Shown: one piece after another, positions 1 to 13,528 of the stretch
Layout: each line of letters opens with the position of its first letter
How positions within the stretch are numbered: position 1 is the stretch's first letter
NCBI RefSeq assembly: GCF_006345805.1
Contig: NC_043011.1
Location: forward strand, 41,924,464 to 41,988,463
DNA from: Octopus sinensis
Lineage: Eukaryota
DNA: 64,000 nt
Reading direction: 5' to 3'
Made by a program: the position numbers and the translations under genes
The notes under the pieces: generated by a model
The model's input: only the letters and a program-made list of their open reading frames with translations
What the model was told of the DNA's origin: nothing
Database searches by the model: none

Positions 1-654
1 TTACTAGGTGTTCTGGAATTGCATGTCTTCTTATCCCACAGATTATAGGCTATGCATTATTAACTGTGTCAGGATCAGTAATGTTAGCACAGTTGTTAGT
101 CCTCTATTAGAATCAAGATTATTATTGTCATCTTTATTAAGATGAAGATAGTTGGTATAGTTAGGATAATACATATACTTATTGTTATTACTGATAGAGG
201 TATCTTAATTATTAATAATACTCTTGCTGAGCACATGATTGCTTGTATTGCTAGCATTTATGTTGCCATCATTAATGGTAGCATTAGCTACATTATAGGT
301 GTTGTTAAAGTTAATATTGATCATTACATTCAGAATGAAAATGAGAAAATTAAGAACTTGAAGAATACTAATTATTGCAGTTTTAGTTCTCATATTCTTC
401 AAAAATAGTTTGTTTTTTTATGATATAGTATACGAAGAGAATTATAGAATTTGAGGGATGGTTTGAGGAAACAAAGTAACAGTTGTTGTAAAAGATTGGT
501 GGACAAACATTAGACATGTAATAGTTTAATATTTGAAGGGTGGGGGTAGTTAAAAGATGGGAAAATATCATCATCATCATCACCATCATCATCATTATAT
601 TACATCCATGCTGGTATCCGTTGGACAACTTGTCTTTTTTTTATTTTGTTTCCA

Positions 655-912
655 TGAGCTGCAGCTCAAAATTGCAACTCAGCCTGGTTTCCATGGTATA
701 TAAGTAACTGAAATTATGACATTCCCCCTTCCCTTCCCACTGAACAGGACACAAGATTAAGTCCCCCCCCCCTGTTTATTGCTGGGACTCACATCTAAGT
801 TGACTGGGACAATGTCAAGTGAAGTGTTTTTCCTCAAGAACACAACATTCTGCCCTGTCTGGGAATTGAAACCACAATCATATGATTGTGAGTGTAACAC
901 CCTAACCACTAG
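655..912 (-). mobile_element. tRNA-derived SINE (family C), degenerate
   Basis: Minus strand starts ctagtggttagggtgttacactcacaatc...gtttcaattccc (A/B-box-like) followed by gtgttcttgaggaaaaacacttc; homologous to 51696-51993. Confidence 0.7.
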
Positions 913-1731
913 ATGATATGCCTACTAGACAGGTTTTAGCAAGCAGAATTTTATAACTGATTTCCCTTTCTGTTACCAATCCCTTTTAAGGACTTCTTAC
1001 AACATACAGAGACATGATGGGTCTATATGAAAATCATGACAGACATTCTAAAAAGTCATTATTATCATTTTTAAAGAGAATCAGGTTTGTAAAATATCTG
1101 TGCATATTGTGCATAGGACATTGAGCAAAGATTTCCATATAAATCAACTATTCCATCTTCAGAGAGGAAGAATTAAGGAACATCTTTAATAAAGGATATT
1201 AGTAGTTACCAGTTCCATCATTTATATATAAGGCCAAGTCCCATATCACAATTTTCTTTGTTGGTTCTCTCATACTTTATGAATGTCATTTGAAGAGCCA
1301 GTTGATATTCTGAGGAAAGGTAAGAGATAGGGTCAGTTAAAACATGAGCTGAAGAGAGAATCCATTGCTAAATGATGTTGAACAAAATGATAAATTCGGA
1401 AACTTCAGGGCTTGTAAATATGTTGCTTTATGATCCATTTTCACTGACTCACACCAAACCATACCCCTCTCAATCTGCCTAGATATTTTTATACAAAAAT
1501 TTATGTTTGCATAATATATGTATACTTAAATAAGTGTCATCATTTTTCATGAATGCAATGCTAGTATGTATGTGTGAGTGTGTGTGTATGAAAGTCTACA
1601 TTTGTATATGTGTTACTGCCAACCTTTTCCTTGTGAAAGTTTAATAAACATGTACTCTACCAAAATGTATTCAGTAATTCTTCAGTTTAGCTTTAAATTG
1701 TTTTTATACACATAACTTGACATAAAATCAG

Positions 1732-1776
<45 letters not shown>

Positions 1777-2164
1777 ATAGAAGACAAAGTTATTCTATTC
1801 TATATGGGTAGAAATATATAAAAAAGAAATTGAAAATGCACTTGGAGTCTTTTGGATGGTTTATTTTTAAAGGCTTAACTATTAATGTCATGTGACAAAA
1901 TTTTTTGCACTGAAAATTAAGGTGGACATTGTTGAGTAAACATGTTCAGTGACAGTTCCAAACAATGAAGGCTCTCTAAATTTAATCTGCCAAGTGGTAG
2001 AGTGGACAGGAGTTGTTTGTATGTAATCCAGTGGCTAAATGGTTATGTTTTGTATGTATAAATTCATGCATTAATGTCATATGAGAAAAAGTTATGATTG
2101 TGCCCAAAGTTTAGGTTGTCAACTGTGTAAATTCAATATGTATGTATGTATGTATGTATATATG

Positions 2165-2203
<39 letters not shown>

Positions 2204-2334
2204 ACACATACATGTGTGTTTTCACATTGTGTAATCCTTATAAATGAGCATCATAATCATTCATGCGGTGGTGTTTATATCCAGTATTTTCATGAAAATA
2301 TGTCAAGGCATAGGAAAAAGTACCTTACTTGGGA

Positions 2335-2480
2335 ACAGGTGAAGGTTGGCAGCAGGAAGGGCATCCAGTCTTAGAACTGGAAGGACATCTAGTCTTAGAA
2401 AATCTGGCTCACCTAACTCTGATTTAAGCAAGCATGGAAAAGTAAACATTAAAACAATGAGGATGATGATGATGATGATG
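2335..2480 (+). mobile_element. RTE-type LINE 3' tail fragment
   Basis: aggaagggcatccagt...gcatggaaaag...aaacaatg(atg)n, as in the RTE 3' UTR at 62070-62566. Confidence 0.7.
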
Positions 2481-2663
2481 TCCTGGCCCTGCTGGACAAA
2501 CTCTGCTGTCCTGACAGGCACCTGACCACTAAGAATGCTTCTTTCTCGTGGTCACAGATGACAAATCTCAAGCAGAGGCCTCCAGCTTTTTCTTGATCCT
2601 ATCATGAAGGACTCAGTTACATTTCATTTTCTGTGCCTGATTAGAATCTGCTGTCTTTTGTGC

Positions 2664-3056
2664 CTTTTACTTATCTCAGTCATTAGGCTATGGCCATGCT
2701 GGGGCACCACCTCGATTAATTTTTGGTTGAATGAATCAATCTCAGTAGTGTTATTTTTTAAGCCTAATACTTAATTCTATTAGTCTTTGTTGCCAGAGCA
2801 CTAAGTTACAGGGATGTAAACTCACCAACACAGGTTGTCAACTGGTGGGGGTGGATAAACACAGACACACACACCTATATATGTTGTGTGTGTGTGCGTA
2901 CAATGAGATTTTTTCAGTTTCCATCTACTAAATCCACTCACAAGGCTTTGGTTGGCTCAAGGCTGTAGTAGAAGACACTTGCCCAATGTGTCACACTATG
3001 GGACTGAACCCAGAACCATGTGGTTGAAAAGCAGAGTTCTTACTACACAGCCACTC
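2664..3056 (-). mobile_element. tRNA-derived SINE (family A)
   Basis: Reverse complement of gtggctgtgtagtaag...ggttcagtcccat head, internal (TG)n and gactgagataagtaaaag tail; same family as 59878-60279. Confidence 0.85.
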
Positions 3057-3433
3057 CTACATCTTGTTAATACTGTTAGTACATTTGGAAGAGATATGAG
3101 AACGTAACTTTGGCATTATATTGGATAGTCTTTCATTTGTTGCCTACTAAAGTTTGTTCCCCTCAGACATGGAGCATCCTGGATATAAAATACAGCATGC
3201 TTCTGCACAGTTTCCATTTACTGTAATTTCACTCACATAACATAAGTCAAGCCAAAGTTGCTGAAAACGACACTTTCTCGAGATGATTTACATAGGGATT
3301 GAACCTGGAACCATGTGGTTGTGAAGCGAACTTCTTAACTGCAGACCTACACCTGTATAATATTGCACCTTTACTTTCTGTGTGTTTATTTGTAAACTAT
3401 TGTATTATATACAAAGGATTTGTCATTGTAATA

Positions 3434-3894
3434 TTAACCCTTTTGTTGCCATATTTTCATCAAAAAACACTACATCTGTTTCAAGTAGTTTGACCTATTG
3501 AAGAATTTAGCAAAATAGCTTTGTCATTATTAAGATTGTGTTTTAGGCAGTGAACTGGCAGAATCGTTAGCACGCTGGGCAAAATGCTCAGCAATATTTA
3601 GTCTCTTGCTACATTCTGAGTCCAAATTCTGCTGAGGTTGACTTTACCTTTCATACATTTTAGATCAATAAAATAAGTACCAGTTGAACACTGGGGTCAA
3701 TGTAATCAATTTAACCCCTCCCTTGAAATTGCTGGCCTTATGCCAAAATTTGAAACCATTATTAAGCTGGTGTTTGGAACATTAAATAATATGAAATTTT
3801 GATGGAGGCTTTTGATTTAAATTACTTGAAAACAGCAAATTTTTATCATAAAGGGAGGAGCAGTCTTAGGCAGCTTTGGTATTGAAAGGGTTAA
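3434..3894. mobile_element. piggyBac-type MITE (TTAA-CCCTTT ends) with nested SINE
   Basis: Left ttaa|cccttttgttgcca and right tggtattgaaaggg|ttaa; about 10/14 TIR match, TTAA on both sides. Confidence 0.6.
3545..3763 (+). mobile_element. SINE family B
   Basis: aggcagtgaactggcagaatcgttagc head, central ctttcat...gatcaataaaataagtacc domain, ttgaaaccattatt end. Confidence 0.85.
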
Positions 3895-4730
3895 TGTTAT
3901 CTTTCTGTGTTTGTCTGTGTGGTAATTAAACGAAACGATTGTTATTATTAACACCATCATAATAATCATTATCATCATTATCATCATCACCATAACTATT
4001 ATTGTTATTGTTACTGTTATCATTATTATTATTATTACCATTATTATTATTACCATTATTATTATTATTGCACTTCTACACAACGTTCCCTCTCAACCTC
4101 TCTCTAACTGACATAAGTATATATATAACTGTTGTACTTGACATTTCAGTGCGCAAGTACAGATTGTGCCGATCTTGAGATAACAATCTTGGACAAAAAT
4201 CACCAAGCTTCAAGCGGTCATATACGTTGAAGTATGCACTATATACTGATCTGTCCTTTTGTTTCTCTCTCTCTCTTTTTTTTTTGGTTTCATTTTTTTA
4301 ATCTTTTTTTTTATTGGCTTCTTCTTTTATCTTTATCTAAATTATTTTACTTTAATTAATACTTTAATTAATACTCAGAGTGGTTTGTGTGGAGAACATT
4401 TTAGGACAGGGTGGACTAGGAGGGTGCTAGAAATAATAGCAAGAAGAGAATGTCTTCTGATTTAAGAAGAATTTAATTTAAGAACAAATTTAACAGAAAA
4501 AATTATTAATAATAATAATAATCATCTTAAATATGGAAGAAGCATTTAATTGTTGTCCAACTAATTATTGTCTAATTAATTGTCGGTCACTCCTGCAGTT
4601 TAGTTTAGACATGGTTTGAATGCAGCCAACTGTACTTATTACCCTCAAACACAAACTGCATGCACAAGTGTATCTATGTACATATTAATGCATGTACATG
4701 TGTGTGTGTGTATGTGCATGCATGTGCATA

Positions 4731-4764
<34 letters not shown>

Positions 4765-4818
4765 TTCTGTGTTGTGAGTATGTGCATATAGATATATATG
4801 TGTGTGCTTATGTATGTA

Positions 4819-4867
<49 letters not shown>

Positions 4868-4907
4868 TATATATATATGTATATCTATTATATGTATATA
4901 TATATAT

Positions 4908-4954
<47 letters not shown>

Positions 4955-5384
4955 ATGTATGTATGTATGTATGTATGCAGATTTGTAAGTATTTTATGTG
5001 AGTGTGTTTGTAATAAGGTTTCTCACATACTAAATGAAGTACTCAGTACTTCAGGTATTAGAATTAAATTTGTTTGTTTATCAATGATCAGTTTACAGAA
5101 TCAAAATTCTGTTTCAGCTCTTAGTCATTTTACCAAATATTGGCACTTTCCTTGCCAAAGATTGGCTTTGGGAAAAAGACAAGCAGTTGAAGTGAAATTT
5201 TAACTGTAAAAGTATATCATTAACAAACAAAAATATGTATTATATGTATGCATATGTATTGATATGATGAACTGAAGGAGCACTCATTGCCAAGATGGCT
5301 GAGTGTAAATGATTCAACAATTGTTTTATGAAACTGATATCTCTATAACTATTTTATTTTGGCTGAAAATTATTGCCAGTATAT

Positions 5385-5731
<347 letters not shown>

Positions 5732-5903
5732 CTTTATTAAAAGCAGCAGAAATTCAACAAAACCTGTTACTCTGAGTTTCACGTTCCCATTCGTCGGACA
5801 GTTTTTCTTTTGTTTTTTTTTTTTAACAAAAACTGTCCGACGAACGGGAACGTGAAACTCAGAGTAACAGGTTTTGTTGAATTTCTGCTGCTTTTAAATA
5901 AAG
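5732..5903. mobile_element. Palindromic element with two inverted hammerhead-like motifs (Penelope-type terminal repeat)
   Basis: About 75-bp near-perfect arms 5732-5806 and 5828-5903 around a T-rich spacer. Confidence 0.8.
5833..5870 (+). ncRNA. Minimal type I hammerhead ribozyme-like motif (U4C core variant)
   Basis: Stem I CTGT/ACAG; core CCGACGA; stem II ACG-GGAA-CGT; GAAA; palindromic stem III ACTC-A-GAGT; GUA site. Mirror copy on the minus strand of the left arm. Confidence 0.6.
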
Positions 5904-6054
5904 CATATTACTCTACTCCTGGTATTTGAGTACTCTTTTTTCCACCTTGTTTCACATTTATGTGTTTACTCCGGTGTATATATATATATATATATGTATA
6001 TATCTAATATGAAACCTAAGGTATCAACTTCATGAAATGATTATATACACATAG

Positions 6055-6173
<119 letters not shown>

Positions 6174-6377
6174 CATGAATGGGTGGGTATATTTGTGTCT
6201 GTCTGTCACTTTATAACATGCTGAAATTAAGAATATGTGTGTACTGCATGAATGTGAATGCAAACATGCATGTGTTCAAAGTATCTTGATTTGGTTTGCT
6301 CTTTTTATGCTTGAGTGGTTCCTACACTCAGTCAACATAAGCCGCTTGATTATAAATAAAACTAACATTCTGTGTAG

Positions 6378-6398
6378 ATATCGTCAAATCTTAGATAG
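6378..6398 (+). CDS. Candidate 21-nt coding microexon (YRQILD)
   Basis: Branch point actaac then attctgtgtag acceptor; perfect gtgagt donor; one open frame (phase 2 to 2). Confidence 0.6.
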   Translation: MSSNLR

Positions 6399-7079
6399 GT
6401 GAGTGGATAAAGTATTTCAATATAATAAACCCAAAGGTTAAGAGTTCACATCCATAGTAAGAATTTCATTTTGTGTTTTCGGGAGGGTCACTTAATTTTA
6501 TGCTTCAAATCTTACCTTTGTAAATCATTGCAATTTGTGGAAAAATTTAACAATTACAAATTCCTAAACCATTTTTCAAAATCTGGTAAAACCTTTCCAA
6601 CATGGAAAAATGGACATTATAATCAATAATAACAATGATGATGATAATAATGATAATGGTGATATTGATAATGATGATGATGATTTCTCACTGTTCACAG
6701 ATATATATTTATAGTTTTTGTGGCGCGTACAAATAACATAAATGTGCTGAATAAAGCTTCATGTTGGAAGTGTGTAGAATCTAAATATATATTTTAATTT
6801 ATGTGAAATAAACAGGGATTACATATTGCAAACCATGGTTTCATTGGATCAGCTCTTTGATTGATCATACATGTCATACCATGCTAATGGTTTTTAACTC
6901 CTTGATGGAATCGTAGCAGTATCATCACAACACGAGATGTGTCTTGGGTGTCCTTTTAGACCAGTTTTGTGCCTTCCCTCTCCAGATCTAACCACAGTTA
7001 ATTTCTTCTGGAAGGTGAGACTGGCAAACAAACAGAAAGAAAGAATTTAGGAAGGAGAAGAACAGAGATTCATAGGTTC

Positions 7080-7222
7080 AGGATTGGTACTTTATTTATC
7101 AATTCTGGAAGAATAAAAACCAAAATTGACTTTGGCATGATTTGAACTTGAGACATAGAGAGCCGGAATGCTTACTGCCAAACATTCTATCCAATTCTAA
7201 TGACTCTGCCACTTGGCCACCT
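7080..7222 (-). mobile_element. SINE family B, degenerate
   Basis: Reverse complement of family B head and central domain. Confidence 0.6.
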
Positions 7223-7420
7223 CCAGTTTAAGTGATTAAATAAAACCATGGTTCAAGTATGTTATCTCTCTTTATCTCACCATACATACACACACATATA
7301 TATGTTTGTGTGTGGGTGTGTATACACACTTTCATACATACATATATACATATGTATGTATGTATGAAAGTGTATATACATATTTACATATATATGTGTG
7401 TGTGTATATGGGCATACATA

Positions 7421-7467
<47 letters not shown>

Positions 7468-7872
7468 GTGTGTATGTATGTATGTATGTATGTATGTATG
7501 TATGTAGAAAATCTGCCTGGACTTCTATGTGGCCAATGCAAGCATGGAAAAGTGGCTATCAAATGGAAATGATGCTATATGGACCTGCACTTGTAGTAGT
7601 TAACAGTAAATTTGACTGAATAAATACCCCCCACACACCGCACCCCTACCTCGCTACCCCACCACTGTCTTTTTTTTTTACCTTCTTCTTATCCTCTTTA
7701 TTGCATGGCATGTTTCTTTTATTCCGATTGTCTCTTCCAATATTTTCTTCTCTTTTCCTCATTTCTGTTTCTCACTGCCTGTTGTGATTTACCAATACTT
7801 GTTATTTCTTGCCTGAAATTTCATCTCTATTCATTCACCCACATGCATATACATACACTTACACACACACAC

Positions 7873-7905
<33 letters not shown>

Positions 7906-8037
7906 CTGTATACATATGTGTATGCATATATGTATGTATATATATGTTTGTATGTGTGTGTGTATGTATATATAAAAAATTAATATATTGATATAGATAT
8001 ATATGTATATACATAGATATGTATATACATAGATATG

Positions 8038-8076
<39 letters not shown>

Positions 8077-8154
8077 TAGAAAAAAATATCTTTTATCAAT
8101 TCAAAATGAACAATAAATTACACCATTTTGAATTGATAAAAGGTGTTTTTTTCT

Positions 8155-8199
<45 letters not shown>

Positions 8200-8797
8200 T
8201 TTGTGAAATTTGATTTAGTATTTCTAAATTGAAATTTTTTCCCTCAAATAATTATTATATATATATAAATATATGCATATATACACACACATACATATAA
8301 ACACATTGTTTTTAATGATTTTGTGAATTTTTCTCTGTTGTTTTGTAAAACTTGAAGGTCTTGCTTGTTTTCATAAGAAATTCTTTTGAATTTCCTTATT
8401 TTGCGATAACGGCTACAACACCATCTGCTATTAGACTGGCTGGCATTGGTAACTGGCTAGAAACCTCAATAAATCTGCTTTGCCTTTTGTTCCAATTCTT
8501 TCACAGCATCCATTTCCTTTGCCTGTTTACCATTTTTGGAACTTTTTATCAAATATGGACCAAATTACATTGTAGAAGAGACATTTTAACCTTCTAAAAA
8601 CATATGTTTAGCAATGATTAAAATAACTCCATGCCAATGTAGGTGTTTTGGCTTAAACACACGGTCGTGGATTAAGTTACTTACTTAACTAGTATAACTT
8701 AAATAATCAAAAATAGCTATTTTTTACAGAAAAATTCCTTTGCACACTTCTTCATGACTTTTTCCTCCTTTTATCTCTTATATTACAATATCTTTAG

Positions 8798-8823
8798 CCT
8801 TGTCATTGATGAGATCACAAATG
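8798..8823 (+). CDS. Candidate 26-nt coding microexon (SLVIDEITN)
   Basis: Pyrimidine tract ending tctttag; donor ATG|gtgagg; phase 2 to 1, in frame with 6378-6398. Confidence 0.6.
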
Positions 8824-9354
8824 GTGAGGAAAAATCTTTCATAAGCCCAGCTGATTGATTGATTGATTGACTAAATGATTGATCAAACAATCAGTTAATT
8901 AATTGGTTAAATGTTAATTAATTGACTAATAATAATAAAAGAAGTGAAATAGAACTTAGTGTGTGTTTTATTACTGGCATAATGATCCTCCCAAGATAAA
9001 AACAAAATATTCATTTGTTCCCTGCTTAATTCTATGAAATAGAATGATGAAAATTGGAAGAATTCTTTTCCTACTCCAGGTTATTCTTTTTTTTTTTTTT
9101 TTACTTTTGAATTCTAGATGGAACCTCCGTCAAAATTCTAAAAAGGGAATTTCCGATCAATAAACATCAAAGGTCTTTTAGAAAGGCATTAACAGAACTG
9201 AAACCAAGTTTTTTTTTTGTTTTTGTTTTTGTTTCTCTAAAGGAATTTTCTCTCTCTTTTATAATTCTTCAAACTTCATTAGAAACATTTAAAGATTTCT
9301 CATTACAACCATTCCACACCTTCTGATGGAATCTAAAACTTTGCAAAATTGCTA

Positions 9355-9535
9355 TTGTTGTTGTTGTTTAGCCCTGAAGTCACCTCTAATTTTGTAGACC
9401 TATGATTTAAGGTGTTCCAGCCGTGACCATCATGCCTTTTCCTCCTTTTACTTTTGAGATAGTAGGGTGGGATTTTAGGGAAATATAGCTGCTATTTCTA
9501 GTATGTTAATTGACCCCATAGAAGCCTTTGTTGTA
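9355..9535 (-). mobile_element. Dispersed repeat family D ((AAC)n tail), degenerate
   Basis: Minus gatggtcacggctggaacacc...gggctaaacaacaacaac; related to 28672-28800, 30180-30412 and 57705-58080. Confidence 0.55.
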
Positions 9536-9618
9536 GAAGACTCTCTGAGATATGCAATCAGTCTCTATCCTCAGCAAGAAATACTGCACCACTGATATTC
9601 CATACTTAAGCCAGGCGT

Positions 9619-9903
9619 AACAACACTGAACACCTTTTTGATCTCCATGTGTCTAACACACGTGGACATGCCTACAAAGTCAGAAAACAACACAGCTCCC
9701 ATGACTTTCGGAAACATTTTTTCACGCTCAGAGTTGCTGAAGCATGGAATAAACTGCCTGCGTCAGTTGTTGACTGCCATGACACCGCATCCTTTAAGAC
9801 CCTCATGCTTTCCGAAATTCGCCGAAACTACACCTGATTATATATACACTTTAGATGAGTTGTAGTGCACCTGAGCACTGTACACAACTATTATTATTAT
9901 TAT
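9619..9903 (+). mobile_element. CR1-group LINE 3' end, 5'-truncated
   Basis: Peptide TRGHAYKVRKQHSSHDFRKHFFTLRVAEAWNKLPASVV matches the CR1-type ORF2 C-terminus (TRGH..K...FF..RV...WN.LP); (ATT)n tail. Confidence 0.85.
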
Positions 9904-10238
9904 TAACACACTATATCCTCTCTTGCAGTCAAATGGCATTGGTTATTAATCAAATTCTCTCATTTGGTCAGAATATTATGGTCATCTCATGTCTTAAGAG
10001 CATGAAACCATGATTTAAGTCCCGTATTTTGGAAGCAAGAAGACAGTTATTATAGCAATTGCCATTATTATACTATCTAATCAATTGAATCAATCTCTTC
10101 CTAATTCACTGAGAAACTGACCTTATTTCCGTCCTGTTTCCACATTACTCAGAGTAGAAACCTTATTATAATTATTATTCATTACATTAATTAGAAACAA
10201 AAATTCCTTAAAGTTAAGATAATTAATGTATATATATA

Positions 10239-10891
10239 GGTGCAGGCATGGCTGTGTGATAAGAAGTTAGCTTCCCAACCACATGGTTCTGGGTTCAGTC
10301 CCACTGCATAGCACATTCAGCAAGTGCTTTTAACTATAGCCTTGGACTGACTAAGGCCTTGTGAGTGGATTCGGTAGGTGGAAACTGAAAGAAACCTTTC
10401 ATATATATATATATATGATGTGCTACCAGTGCCGGTGGCATGTCGAAACTCTGCTTGTGAAGACCCATTGAGGCAAGTGAGGATCAGAATCGAAATCGAT
10501 CAATGGAAATCGATCAATGGAAATTGCAGATGTGTTACCAGTGCCGGTGGCATGTAAGAGAACTTTCCGTTTCGCGACCGTTGCCAGCACCGCCCCGTTT
10601 CGTGTCCGTTGCCAGCCTCGCCTGGCCCTCGTGCCGGTGGCACATAAAAAGCACCATCCGTTCGTGGCCGTTTGCCAGCTCTGTCTGGCACCAGTGCGGG
10701 TGGCACGTAAAAAGCACCCACTACACTCACGGAGTGGTTGGCGTTAGGAAGGGCATCCAGCCGTAGAAACACTGCCAGATTTGACTGGGCCTGATGAAGC
10801 CTTCTGGCTTCACAGACCCCAGTAGAACCGTCCAACCCATGCTAGCATGGAAAACGGACGCTAAATGATGATGATGATGATGATGATGATG

Positions 10892-10973
<82 letters not shown>

Positions 10974-11186
10974 TCACACACACACATATACATATATGTG
11001 TGTTTTTATGTTTGCCTCCCACTACTGTTGGTGTGTTTACATCCCTGTAACTTAATGGTTTGACAAAAGAAACTGATAGAATATGTACCAGGCTTGTAAA
11101 AAAGAAAAGTACTGGGGTGATTTGTTTGACTAAAATTTGTCAAGGCTGTGCCCCAGCTTGGCCTGAAACAAGTAAAAAATAAAAGA
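10239..11186 (+). mobile_element. SINE family A interrupted by an RTE insertion
   Basis: Head 10239-10400, then the RTE copy in its (TA)n, then the remainder to ctgaaacaagtaaaa. Confidence 0.8.
10417..10892 (+). mobile_element. Young RTE LINE 3' UTR, 5'-truncated
   Basis: Near-identical to the minus copy at 52369-52832; CpG-rich; (GAT)n tail; (TA)n on both sides. Confidence 0.9.
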
Positions 11187-12019
11187 ATATAGGTGTGTTT
11201 GCGAAGGTATCATACATTCCAGTGACTTACTCTGAGTTCAGCAACCGATTTTGCTGAGTGTTGTTCATTAGATTCATCTAGTAGGTTATGGCCATGTTGG
11301 GGCACCACCGTTGTTATGTTTTAATATTAGTAATTTTGGAGGAAAATAAACAGTGCTCAAACATATGCAGGCCCTTCTAGACTGTGAAGAAATCATATGG
11401 TTCATATTCAGGCAAAACATCTTCAGATATCTACAAGAGTAATATGGGTAGAAGGGCAGTTAGGAGAATTGGTTGGCTAATGATGGTTAGCATCAGCAAG
11501 AATTGTTCCTCTCTGGCAAAGGATCCTGTGGGACATATTTGTTTCTCTCTCAAACTTATCGTAGACACATAGGTCATATGTCTCCCACATTTTCTGTGTC
11601 CAATATGTGTGATAACATTCAATATATATGCAATGATGTTCAATATATGTGTATAACAATGTCCGATATGTGTGTGTTATAATGTCCAATATGTATAATT
11701 ATTTTCAATATGTATGTGTAATAATGTTTATTATATCAGGTAAACAGAAACAGCAATTAATTAGGTTTTCTTTGTCTTTTCCTGGCTTTTGTTTCTTCTT
11801 ACTTCTTTTATTTTCTGCCTTGTTTGGTATCAGATTCCAGTTCCTTAATCTCACAAAACAATAATCTTTACTTGTTCAAATTTATAAAACTTACATTGTA
11901 AACTTAAATATTTTATCAATCTACATGTGTTATTAAATTATATCTTTAAAATCTATGTATTACATAATTATATACTTCATAATTCATGTTTGAAAAAACC
12001 TTGTAAAATTACAGCTATC

Positions 12020-12057
<38 letters not shown>

Positions 12058-12389
12058 TTATGTTTTAAAATTTTTTGTTTCATAAAACTGTTTTATAAAA
12101 TCGCCTTTCATGAAATCATTTGTTTGATAAAATGTTTTATAAAACTGTCATTATAATATAATGAAGAATATTCTAATAGAGTAAAGAATAAATAAAGACA
12201 TGAAGCAGTATACCCAACTAATCATCATTCTAAATAAAAACCAATATATATATATATATATATACATACAATGTGTGTATGAATATATATATTTATATAT
12301 ATACACACACACACATACATACCTACAATGTGTGTATGTATGTATGTATGTATGTATCTATCTATATATATATAATATATATAATATAT

Positions 12390-12429
<40 letters not shown>

Positions 12430-12591
12430 TTATTTATTTATTTATATATATATACAAATATGAGAGAGGATCCACTATGTGGACAATATATATATATGTG
12501 CATGCATATAGTCTCATGTAATTTATGTCTGTGACATATTTTAACTTCCATTTAAAATATTCTTTCTTTATTTCTCATTTTAATATTTTAG

Positions 12592-12603
12592 CATCCAGCG
12601 AAG
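12592..12603 (+). CDS. Candidate 12-nt microexon (ASSE in phase 1 to 1)
   Basis: Long pyrimidine tract ending ttttag|CATCCAGCGAAG|gtttgt; frame-compatible with 8798-8823 and 19843-19985. Confidence 0.4.
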
Positions 12604-13528
12604 GTTTGTAAAATAAAAACAAAAAAAACTAAAAAAAGAAAAAAGAGAGAGAATTGCAAATATTTCCAATCCAAATTCAGTGTTTCTTTAAACCCTCACC
12701 AATAATTCAACTTAAACCCTAACTCCCTTATAAACACAGTGAACATCACCCTCACCATCACCGTCACCTCCAGCATTATTAATTTCGTCACTAACCTCAA
12801 AAATAATTACTACCAGTAGGATTACCTGCTTCACCCTCACTTCCACCAATAGCATTTAATCAATTGCTAACCTTACAATTGATGTTGTGATGTTCATCAC
12901 ACACCCATTTTCAATATTGTATCGGTATATAAAATTCAACACATCAAAACTGGGGCTTTTCCCTTTCTCTGTGACCCTAACTTACTTTATAATGATTAAT
13001 AAGTAACTGGATAAACTCAACATGAAGCATATCTAGGCTGATGTAGCTCAGGATTAGACAATGACTTCTAACACATGTAGGCTCCATTCAAAGATATAGG
13101 TTTGCCCTTAAATAGTTAATGTGGATGTCCAACCAACAAAGAATGGGTTATAACATCTTTCACTCTTAAATCCCTTGTATTCTTCATATTGTAGGTGCAG
13201 GCACACACACTAACTCATACGCACACATAACCAGGGTGTTTCAGTGCTGGGACAAATCTTATTGTAATTTGCATACACAGTAGCAAAGCATCTGCTCAGT
13301 TTCAAACCATCTTACTCAGACCCCCAGTTTAGGACCATAAAAGGTAAAAGCCAGCTACAAGAAACTAGCTATGTCACTATAAAAGGTATTAACACTTTAT
13401 GAACATATTTCAGTCAATCAGATCAGCTGATCTGCAAGCAAACAATGGTGACTTGAAAGTAAATCTTATGACTTTTGCTGCTAGTTAGTTTGGCCAAAAG
13501 TTCTGGGAACTTGACAGGATGTTATGAA

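Noticed and set aside
142-408. 88-aa ORF and overlapping 65-aa minus ORF
   Set aside because: Low-complexity I/N-rich sequence, probably decayed trinucleotide repeat; no recognisable domain.
10791-10815. CTGATGA-AGCC-TTCT-GGCT in the young RTE UTR as a hammerhead
   Set aside because: No GAAA or stem III follows; older copies have a hairpin here without CTGATGA, so it is better read as the LINE 3' stem-loop.
10500-10835. 111-aa ORF MDGSTGVCEARR... (also 52421-52750)
   Set aside because: Antisense reading of the RTE 3' UTR.
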